Origin: Auanema rhodensis | Taxonomy: Eukaryota; Animalia; Nematoda | Assembly: GCA_964057225.1 (NCBI GenBank) | Contig: OZ059899.1 | Location: 9,734,001-9,798,000, forward strand | Length of the DNA stretch: 64,000 nucleotides | Direction: 5' to 3' | Program-made: the position numbers and the translations under genes | Shown here: positions 10,089 through 18,599 of the stretch, piece by piece | Numbering within the stretch: position 1 is the stretch's first letter | Layout: each line of letters opens with the position of its first letter | Notes under the pieces: model-generated | The model's input: the letters and a program-made list of their open reading frames with translations, nothing else | The model's database searches: none | Told to the model about the DNA's origin: nothing

Positions 10089-10748
10089 CTAACTTGAGGA
10101 ATTTTGTCCTACGTGAATACTGGAAGTTTTCAGATAGTCTATGAGACTGTAAGAATTATCCAATCTTTTCCGGTTGCGATACTTCTGATACATTGGAATA
10201 ATTCCTGTAGAGCTGTCCGTAAGACGTAATGATGGATATATGGTGATATTGAAAAAGCGTGTAGGGTATTCTTGTGGCGCTTTCCTTTTCTGTCGTCTTG
10301 GAGTCTCTTTAGGTGGTATATGAATGTATGTACCACTATTCGTTGCATGTATATCCTTTCCTAAGCATCGGGTTGCTATGTTATCCGGTTTCTGGTTTTG
10401 GAGGATAAATGCGCTCTGTATCTCCGAGATTAGGACTGTGTCGTTGTTGACAAGTGCTGAGAAGTTTCCTAAGGAGCTGAAGTCGCATTCGTGATGGTCG
10501 TGAGGTGGTGTCCAAACGATTATGGCATTGTGCGTTGTACAAGTTCCTGCTTTCTTTGCACATCCTTCCGTGTTGAGAAAAAGGTCTGATATGATGATAT
10601 CGTCATGTAAACAAGTCATCATTCCTCTTTCTAACGTTAATCTTGGAGTTGTGGTGCAAGATGTAGACCAAAATGAGTAAGACTGATTGTTTAAAGGTAA
10701 AGGTGCCTTAAATAGTCCTGGAGCTGTACGTACAAGATTCGTATCCAT
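10089..10748 (-). CDS. Envelope ectodomain fragment (class III fusion-domain-like) with furin-type site
   Basis: SFWSTSC, IISDLFLNTEGCAKKAGTCTTHNAIIVW, RRQKR (10298-10284). Homologous to the same region of element A. Confidence 0.75.
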   Translation of the reverse strand: MDTNLVRTAPGLFKAPLPLNNQSYSFWSTSCTTTPRLTLERGMMTCLHDDIIISDLFLNTEGCAKKAGTCTTHNAIIVWTPPHDHHECDFSSLGNFSALVNNDTVLISEIQSAFILQNQKPDNIATRCLGKDIHATNSGTYIHIPPKETPRRQKRKAPQEYPTRFFNITIYPSLRLTDSSTGIIPMYQKYRNRKRLDNSYSLIDYLKTSSIHVGQNSSS

Positions 10749-12691
10749 ATGTCTTCTTTCTTGTATAGCTTCCTTACATTGATATTGTTTTCTCTAATGA
10801 ACAGTCTATCGTGAGCACATGTTCTGTAGATTTCTTTGGAGCATTTCCAAGCCTCCCATTCCTTGTAATGCATGTTTTCTGCGAATAATTCGACGTTAGT
10901 AATTTGAACTCCATCCTTGTGTATGTTTTCTGAGCATAAAGTTGGCCGAGGGGGTTCGAGAAAGATGCCTCCTCGTGTTCCGGTGCATAGATGGTAGGTG
11001 TTGTCTGCGTGACAAGGAAGTATTGTCAGTGCCATGATGGAAAGGAAGAGAGGTGTGAATGGAAGTTTCTTGTTGCTCGTGCGGGGTGTCTCATTGTTAA
11101 CTTGGTTAACATGGAATCGTACTGATGGGCTTCTTGTGCGATTTCTGTAGCGCGAATTAGGTCCATATGATTCATGGTGATCTCTGTTCTGGTATCTTCG
11201 ATCGTACTGGTTTCCGCGATGATAGTTGTTGTTGTATCTGTTATCATAACGGTCGTTATACCTATTATTTCTGTGTGGGCTACGGTAGTTGTTTGGTCCT
11301 CTTGAGCGTGGTCTGTTATTCCTGTTCCTGTCGTTGTATTGATGGTATCTTCCTGTTCTTCTTTCATCGTTATGACGGTATCCTCCTCGTCTTTGGTGCC
11401 ATGGTTCTTGAGGTCTTTGTGGATGTGAGGAATTGTCGTGTGGCCTGGATGATAGATGTGGTGCCGGTCCTCTATGAATTTTATCACGCTGTGGAGCTCT
11501 CATGTGATTGATGTGCTCGTTATTGATATTCAAATCATCTAGTCCATCGGTTAAGTTGTTGATGAAGGAAGAGGGGTCCTCATCTGCTTCAACGGTTTCA
11601 GCGATAGTGACGGCTGATTCAAAGGTGGTTGGGCTTCGATTATTGACGTGCGTACGTAGTTGTTTCCGTAATCCGCCGAGGAAAGCTACACGTAATATAC
11701 GTTCATCAGCATCGGTGTTCATATCGCTTGCTTCATAAGCCAGATTTCGACAGCGTTGTGCAAAATGGTTGACAGTTTCACTCTCTCCTTGCTTCATGTG
11801 AGTGAGTCTGGTGAACGCGGCATCTCGTTTCTCTTGAGGTTGAAGTTTGAGTGACAAAATGCGCTTTACGTTATTCCATCCTTGACGTATTTCGTCCGGC
11901 GTTATGCAACGTAAAGCATCGGCTGCTTTGTCCGTCCCCAACAATAGATAGAGGTGCGACAGACGCTCAGCCATGGGTACTTGCAACGCGTCAAAATAAC
12001 CTTCCAATCTCCTCATGTAGAGGTTAAAAGGTACTGCTCCATCATACAAGGTGGGTTTATGGTGGCGAATAGAAACAGTGTTCGTGGGTAGCATGCGGAA
12101 ATTAGAGTTGTTTTGGGTTTGATCATTGGAGTTTGGGTGGTCATCCATCCGGTCAGTCATCTGAGCGATTTTTCTCTTCTCTGCAACATTCAAATTGAAA
12201 TTGGTGGTTACTTCCGACGGAGAAGATACAGGAGAAGAAGATTGCTCATGTAATGATTGATCGGATGAAGAGGGAGAATTTCGAGGAAGAGAAGAAGAAA
12301 GAATAGCAGTATTTGGGTATGAAGATAAAATTTGAGAATAATCTTTACGAGGGGAAGTATTTGTGCTAACATTACTAGAGCTTTTGATAACATTAAAAGT
12401 GCGTTTTGGAGTTTGTTTGCTAATAGACGCTTTAATTTTACTTAGAGTAACAGCGTGGCGAGAAGTTTTAATAGCTGTTGTGCCTATTTTCTTCGCGGGG
12501 GTACCCGGTATAGCGGGTGGTTTCTTTGCAGCAGTAGGTCGGCGCTTCGTGTCCGGCTCATAAACATTTGGAGGTCCTCTTTTTCTTTGATTCCGCTCGA
12601 GTACTGGCTCGACGTGCGTATCATTACCGGGGGCTGCGCTCTGTAGATTTGTTTTATCCTGCGGAGGATTTTTACTCTTCGAGTCCGTCAT
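10691..12691 (-). CDS. Gag fused to internal signal peptide and envelope N-terminus
   Basis: Capsid-like KPTLYDGAVPF...MKQGESETVNHF...AFLGGLRKQL; R/N/Y-rich region with no CCHC knuckle; signal peptide LPFTPLFLSIMALTILPCHA (11065-11006); YHLCTGTRGG...WEAWKCSKEIYRTC. Confidence 0.88.
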   Translation of the reverse strand: MTDSKSKNPPQDKTNLQSAAPGNDTHVEPVLERNQRKRGPPNVYEPDTKRRPTAAKKPPAIPGTPAKKIGTTAIKTSRHAVTLSKIKASISKQTPKRTFNVIKSSSNVSTNTSPRKDYSQILSSYPNTAILSSSLPRNSPSSSDQSLHEQSSSPVSSPSEVTTNFNLNVAEKRKIAQMTDRMDDHPNSNDQTQNNSNFRMLPTNTVSIRHHKPTLYDGAVPFNLYMRRLEGYFDALQVPMAERLSHLYLLLGTDKAADALRCITPDEIRQGWNNVKRILSLKLQPQEKRDAAFTRLTHMKQGESETVNHFAQRCRNLAYEASDMNTDADERILRVAFLGGLRKQLRTHVNNRSPTTFESAVTIAETVEADEDPSSFINNLTDGLDDLNINNEHINHMRAPQRDKIHRGPAPHLSSRPHDNSSHPQRPQEPWHQRRGGYRHNDERRTGRYHQYNDRNRNNRPRSRGPNNYRSPHRNNRYNDRYDNRYNNNYHRGNQYDRRYQNRDHHESYGPNSRYRNRTRSPSVRFHVNQVNNETPRTSNKKLPFTPLFLSIMALTILPCHADNTYHLCTGTRGGIFLEPPRPTLCSENIHKDGVQITNVELFAENMHYKEWEAWKCSKEIYRTCAHDRLFIRENNINVRKLYKKEDIWIRILYVQLQDYLRHLYL

Positions 12692-13467
12692 CTTGTTGGT
12701 TTTCCTGGAAAGGAAATTATTATACCAACGATGCGAAACTTATAAAAATATATATACAGCGTGAGAGGCAATATGGGGTTGTATGCGTGACGCTTGCTAG
12801 GGGGCCAGCCTGCAGCGAATCTTCTAACGGAGAATTGCTCAATCGGGTACATACACGGGCCTGTGACCGGTGCGCCCTTTCTAGGATCAAGTTCCCATCT
12901 CTCGAATAGGCGTGAAATATACGACGGTGATCTAAGCAGTATTCCCTTTCAGTCTTTCGACAAGATTAGGTGCTCAGGCCTCGTACATTCACTTTCCCAG
13001 ACTTCTCTTGCCTATGAAAAATCACAGAAATCGCTCCCTTAACGAAATTCTGCTCCCCTGATTTTTCATGGTGAGACCACTCTAACACTTTCATTCTCGA
13101 CTAATTCTGTCGTAATTCTCAAATTTGCAAAAATAGGACCAAAAAGGGATCTTCAAAATCAGGAATGCGTACGTCTTATATCAAAAATAGTGGTTGCCTC
13201 CGCTCAGTTCTCGAGACAGTCTGGTATTGCTTCTCACGGGCTACTTTTAGGATCAAAATGCAAAATTGTAAATCTTAGGTTCGGGATTCAGATAAAAAAT
13301 TTCAAAATTATTTGGCTGTTTTCTGGGTTATATTAGGAAGAAGAGAAAAAATAATAGTAATAAGAGAGGGAAAAAGATAAAATTTAAAAGAAGATAAAAG
13401 AAAAATAAAATAGGAATATAGTGGGAATATAGTAGGAATATAGTACTAGTATAGAATAGTTTTGTAC

Positions 13468-13472
<5 letters not shown>

Positions 13473-13500
<28 letters not shown>
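13473..13500. repeat. (TA)n microsatellite in the leader of element B
   Basis: About 14 TA units, read directly. Confidence 0.9.
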
Positions 13501-13503
<3 letters not shown>

Positions 13504-13694
13504 GAGTAATACATTTTAAAGGATAGAATAGAAATTAATGAATTTTAATATATATAAAACAATGAATTTTGTGATGATTCATGAAAGAAATTAATTCATT
13601 TTTGATTCAAAAATTGTTTGAAACTTTATAACAAAAATTTATGAGAGATAGAATAGATTTTGATTAAAAAAACAGAAAAAGAAAAGATTGACAG

Positions 13695-13995
13695 AAAAAA
13701 AAAATATCGAAATACCTTTCTTTAAATGAATAAATATAAAAGAATACCAAATTAATTTATGATAGTTATAAACAAAGTTTTTCCTCAAAAATGAATGAAA
13801 GATCTTAGAATATGGAAAAAAATCGAAATGTTTCTTTTAAATGAATGAATATAAAATTTCAAAATTAAGTTGTTTCAAAATATATTTCTTTAAATAAATG
13901 TATATAAGATTTCAGTATTAATTTATGAATCAAAATCAAAATAAAGTTCTTTGAATGAATGAAATAAAGAAGAGAAAGATTTCAAATTAAATTCA
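13695..13995. repeat. Degenerate AT-rich tandem repeat of about 60 bp in the leader of element B
   Basis: Recurring TTTCTTTAAATGAATRAATATAA...TTTCAAATTAA-like motif at about 13715, 13830, 13885 and 13945. Confidence 0.5.
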
Positions 13996-14099
13996 TATAG
14001 CATAATCGAAATATAATTCTTTAATTAGATGTATGAAAGACAACAAAATTAAATTTATGTAGCGAAATATGGTTCTTAGAGATTCGTCGGTTATAGACG

Positions 14100-14118
14100 A
14101 ATCTCGGCGGAACCTCCA
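14100..14118 (-). promoter_or_regulatory. Primer-binding site of element B (tRNA-Gln)
   Basis: The plus strand AATCTCGGCGGAACCTCCA matches the 3' end of animal tRNA-Gln (AATCTCGGTGGAACCT-CCA as I recall it, one mismatch). Confidence 0.85.
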
Positions 14119-14528
14119 CGTTCCATGGTGGTTCCCCAGGGTTCCGGCTGGGTAACCACATGGAATTACTTTCTTTTCTTCCAAATATAATGATAAAGAG
14201 TATAGAGAGAAAGGTTTATTCATGATAAAGTATACAAATTACAATAATAAAAGTTACATAATGATTCCTAGTCGCAGCCCAAAGGACTCGTAAGGAAACC
14301 TTATATAGTATTCCTTACGAGCATAAAAAGTGGTTATCAGGTCCGCGGAACTTGGTTCCGCTTGAATTGGGCTTTCTTTAATTAAACTTAATATGAAAAA
14401 GTGTTCGTTCATTGTTGCATTGAAATCCTATTTCTCAAATGTAGCGTCAGCTATTTGTTTTTATAATGTTCCGTTTTATAAGCGATTGACGTTGTCAATC
14501 GCTCTACTTATAGGACACGTATGGAACA
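14119..14528 (-). repeat. 5' LTR of element B (410 bp)
   Basis: Element-orientation termini TGTTCCAT...ATGGAACG. TATATAA at 14307-14301 and AATAAA at 14220-14215 on the minus strand. The satellite starts abruptly at 14529. Confidence 0.75.
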
Positions 14529-14609
14529 ATAGGTTTTCTCTTAATTTCTCTCATCACAATTGTCTTAGTTTTTTTTCTCATAAGAGTTTCTGAAATCTTA
14601 GTTGAACAA

Positions 14610-14682
14610 GGCCGCGTGGCGCAATGGATAACGCGTCTGCCTACGGAGCAGAAGATTGTAGGTTCGAATCCTGCCGTGGTCG
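14610..14682 (+). tRNA. tRNA-Arg(ACG)
   Basis: 73-nt cloverleaf; anticodon arm TCTGC-CTACGGA-GCAGA; A box TGGCGCAATGG; B box GGTTCGAATCC. Confidence 0.96.
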
Positions 14683-14686
14683 TAAA

Positions 14687-14693
14687 TTTTTTT
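14687..14693 (+). terminator. Pol III terminator (T7) after tRNA-Arg; present after nearly every copy
   Basis: TAAA followed by TTTTTTT, 4 nt after the gene end. Confidence 0.8.
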
Positions 14694-15219
14694 CATTTCA
14701 CTTGTCATTTACAAAAATCGAATTTATCTTCTTCAACCATTATTTTTGCAATGTGTCATAAGAATTTCACAGTTGAACAGAACGTTTTTTGAGAAGTTTT
14801 TTTGTTGTCAACATATATATTTTCCTGAAATTCGAAAGCATTTGGGATGAAAATTAGAAAGAAAAGAACTAGTTTTTCCTACTTTGAAACAAACAATAAG
14901 AAATAAAATAAAAAAGATTGTTAGATATCCAATTTAAACTTATACATTTACTTCGATAAAGAGCCTATTAGTTTGAAATTTTATGTCTTACAGTTCTCCA
15001 ACAGAACAGACTGATCCTGATTTCTCTATGATTACATAAAACTCTCGTTTGATATAAAAAAAGGAGAGGAATAACGTTTCCAGGATGTCAATGATATCGA
15101 ATCTAGTGATATTGTAGAAAAATGTAATGTCAGCTCCATAGGTTTTCTCTTAATTTCTCTCATCACAATATTCTTAGTTTTTTTTTCTCATAAGAGTTTC
15201 TGAAATCTTAGTTGAACAA

Positions 15220-15292
15220 GGCCGCGTGGCGCAATGGATAACGCGTCTGCCTACGGAGCAGAAGATTGTAGGTTCGAATCCTGCCGTGGTCG
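15220..15292 (+). tRNA. tRNA-Arg(ACG)
   Basis: Identical to the 14610 copy. Confidence 0.95.
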
Positions 15293-16892
15293 TAAATTTT
15301 TTTCATTTCACTTGTCATTTATAAAAATCGAATTTATCTTTTTCAACGATTATTTTTGCAATGTGTCATAAGAATTTCACAGTTGAACAAAACGTTTTTT
15401 AAGAAGTTTTTTTGTTGTCAACATATATATTTTCCTGGCATTTGAAAGCATTTGGGATGGAAATTAGAAAGAAAAGAACTAGTTTTTCCTACTTCAAAAC
15501 AAACAATAAGAAATAAAATGAAAAAGATTGTTAGATATCCAATTTAAACTTATACATTTACTTTGATAAAGAGCCTATTAGATTGAAATTTTATGTCTTA
15601 CAGTTCTCCAACAGAACAGACTGATCCTGATTTTTATACGATTACAAAAAACTCTCGTTTGATATAAAAGCATATTGGATAGAAATTTCGAAAGCATTTT
15701 GGATGGAAATTAGAACGAAAAGAACTAGTTTTTTCTATTTTAAAACAAACAATAATAAACAAAATGAAAAGATTGTTAGATATCCAATTTTAACTTATAC
15801 ATTTACTTCGATGAAGAGCCTATTAGATTGAATTTTTATGTCTTACAGTTCTCCAACAGAACAGACTGATCCTGATTTTTCTACGATTACATAAAACTCT
15901 CGTTTGATATACAAAAAGGAGAGGAATAACGTTTCCAGGATATCAATGATATCGAATCTAGTGATATTGTAGAAAAATGTAATGTCAGCTCCATAGTTTT
16001 TCTCTTAATTTCTCTCATCACAATATTCTTAGTTTTTTTTCATGAGAGTTTCTGAAATCTTAGTTGAATAAGGCAGTATATATTTTTTTCTGGAATTCGA
16101 AAGCATTTTGGATGGAAATTAGAACGAAAAGAACTAGTTTTTCCTACTTTAAAACAAACAATAAGAAATAAAATGAAAAAGATTGTTAGATATCCAATTT
16201 AAACTTATACATTTACTTCGATGAAGAGCCTATTAGATTGAAATTTTATGTCTTACAGTTCTCCAACAGAACAGACTGATCCTGATTTCTCTATGATTAC
16301 ATAAAACTCTCGTTTGATATACAAAAAGGAGAGGAATAACGTTTCCAGGATATCAATGATATCGAATCTAGTGATATTGTAGAGAAATGTAATGTCAGCT
16401 CCATAGTTTTTCTCTTAATTTCTCTCATCACAATGGTCTTAGTTTTTTTTCATAAGAGTTTCTGAAATCTTAGTTGAACAAGGCAGTATATATTTTTTTC
16501 TGGAATTCGAAAGCATTTGAGATGGAAATTAGAAAGAAAAGAACTAGTTTTTCCTACTTTAAAACAAACAATAAGAAATAAAATGAAAAAGATTGTTAGA
16601 TATCCAATTTAAACTTATACATTTACTTCAATGAAGAGCCTATTAGATTGAAATTTTATGTCTTACAGTTCTCCAACAGAACAGACTGATCCTGATTTCT
16701 CTATGATTACATGAAACTCTCGTTTGATATACAAAAAGGAGAGGAATAACGTTTCCAGGATATCAATGATATCGAATCTAGTGATATTGTAGAGAAATGT
16801 AATGTCAGCTCCATAGTTTTTCTCTTAATTTCTCTCATCACAATAGTCTTAGTTTTTTTTTCATAAGAGTTTCTGAAATCTTAGTTGAACAA

Positions 16893-16965
16893 GGCCGCGT
16901 GGCGCAATGGATAACGCGTCTGCTTACGGAGCAGAAGATTGTAGGTTCGAATCCTGCCGTGGTCG
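16893..16965 (+). tRNA. tRNA-Arg(ACG), C32T variant
   Basis: Anticodon loop TTACGGA; T at 16924. Confidence 0.92.
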
Positions 16966-17746
16966 TAAATTTTTTTCATTTCACTTGTCATTTATAAAAA
17001 TCGAATTTATCTTCTTCAACGATTATTTTTGCAATGTGTCATAAGAATTTCATAGTTGAACAAAACGTTTTTTAAGAAGTTTTTTTTTGTTGTCAACATA
17101 TATATTTTCCTGGAATTCGAAAGCATTTGGGATGGAAATTAGAAAGAAAAGAACTAGTTTTTCCTACTTTAAAACAAACAATAAGTAATAAAATGAAAAA
17201 GATTGTTAGATGTCCAATTTAAACTTATACATTTACTTTGATAAAGAGCCTATTAGATTGAAATTTTATGTCTTACAGTTCTCCAACAGAACAGACTGAT
17301 CCTGATTTTTCTACGATTACTTAAATCTCTCGTTTGATATAAAAGCATATTGGATAGAAATTTCGAAAGCATTTTGGATGGAAATTAGAACAAAAAGAAC
17401 TAGTTTTTTCTATTTTAAAACAAACAATAATAAACAAAATGAAAAGATTGTTAGATATCCAATTTTAACTTATACATTTACTTCGATGAAGAGCCTATTA
17501 GATTGAATTTTTATGTCTTACAGTTCTCCAACAGAACAGACTGATCCTGATTTTTCTACGATTACATAAAACTCTCGTTTGATATACAAAAAGGAGAGGA
17601 ATAACGTTTCCAGGATATCAATGATATCGAATCTAGTGATATTGTGGAAAAATGTAATGTCAGCTCCATAGTTTTTCTCTTAATTTCTCTCATCACAATA
17701 GTCTTAGTTTTTTTTCATAAGAGTTTCTGAAATCTTAGTTGAACAA

Positions 17747-17819
17747 GGCCGCGTGGCGCAATGGATAACGCGTCTGCCTACGGAGCAGAAGATTGTAGGT
17801 TCGAATCCTGCCGTGGTCG
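17747..17819 (+). tRNA. tRNA-Arg(ACG)
   Basis: Consensus copy. Confidence 0.95.
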
Positions 17820-18599
17820 TAAATTTTTTTCATTTCACTTGTCATTTATAAAAATCGAATTTATCTTCTTCAACGATTATTTTTGCAATGTGTCATAAGA
17901 ATTTCATAGTTGAACAAAACGTTTTTTAAGAAGTTTTTTTGTTGTCAACATATATATTTTCCTGGAATTCGAAAGCATTTGGGATGGAAATTAGAAAGAA
18001 AAGAACTAGTTTTTCCTACTTTAAAACAAACAATAAGAAATAAAATGAGAAAGATTGTTAGATATCCAATTTAAACTTATACATTTACTTTGATAAAGAG
18101 CCTATTAGATTGAAATTTTATGTCTTACAGTTCTCCAACAGAACAGACTGATCCTGATTTTTCTACGATTACATAAAACTCTCGTTTAATATAAAAGCAT
18201 ATTGGATAGAAATTTCGAAAGCATTTTGGATGGAAATTAGAACGAAAAGAACTAGTTTTTTCTATTTTAAAACAAACAATAATAAACAAAATGAAAAGAT
18301 TGTTAGATATCCAATTTTAACTTATACATTTACTTCGATGAAGAGCCTATTAGATTGAATTTTTATGTCTTACAGTTCTCCAACAGAACAGACTGATCCT
18401 GATTTTTCTACGATTACATAAAACTCTCGTTTGATATACAAAAAGGAGAGGAATAACGTTTCCAGGATATCAATGATATCGAATCTAGTGATATTGTAGA
18501 AAAATGTAATGTCAGCTCCATAGTTTTTCTCTTAATTTCTCTCATCACAATAGTCTTAGTTTTTTTTCATAAGAGTTTCTGAAATCTTAGTTGAACAAG

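Larger units (their letters stand above)
4352..12691 (-). pseudogene. Disrupted single Gag-Env-Pol polyprotein of element B
   Basis: The fragments join into one polyprotein after correcting frameshifts near 10782, 10102 and 7160 and nonsense codons at 9874-9876 and 6197-6199. The N-terminal RT motifs are missing at about 7160 (FKGPVK joined to QDILD). Confidence 0.8.
4400..14528 (-). mobile_element. Ty3/Gypsy-type LTR retroelement B with gag-env-pro-RT-RH-IN order, decayed; 3' LTR not in window
   Basis: 5' LTR 14119-14528, PBS 14100-14118, about 1.4-kb leader, polyprotein fragments 12691-4352 with the Gypsy order RT-RNaseH-IN. Confidence 0.9.
14529..18599 (+). repeat. tRNA-Arg-containing satellite array, left segment
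   Basis: Units of 610, about 853 and 410 bp built from shared modules. Starts mid-unit (ATAGGTTTTCTC) at the LTR junction. Confidence 0.95.

Noticed and set aside
14120-14130. GTTCCATGGTG next to the PBS matches the 5' end of tRNA-Gln, suggesting bipartite primer binding
   Set aside because: Not conserved in element A, and largely explained by the LTR terminal inverted repeat and U5 hairpin.
14610-14820. tRNA cassette as a SINE
   Set aside because: It is a perfect cloverleaf with an immediate T7 terminator, no tail, no variable TSDs, and always the same position in the unit.
14870-15130. piRNA (Ruby CTGTTTCA) motif or snoRNA within the satellite core
   Set aside because: No complete CTGTTTCA motif or convincing C/D box pair was seen; only partial matches in a minority of units.
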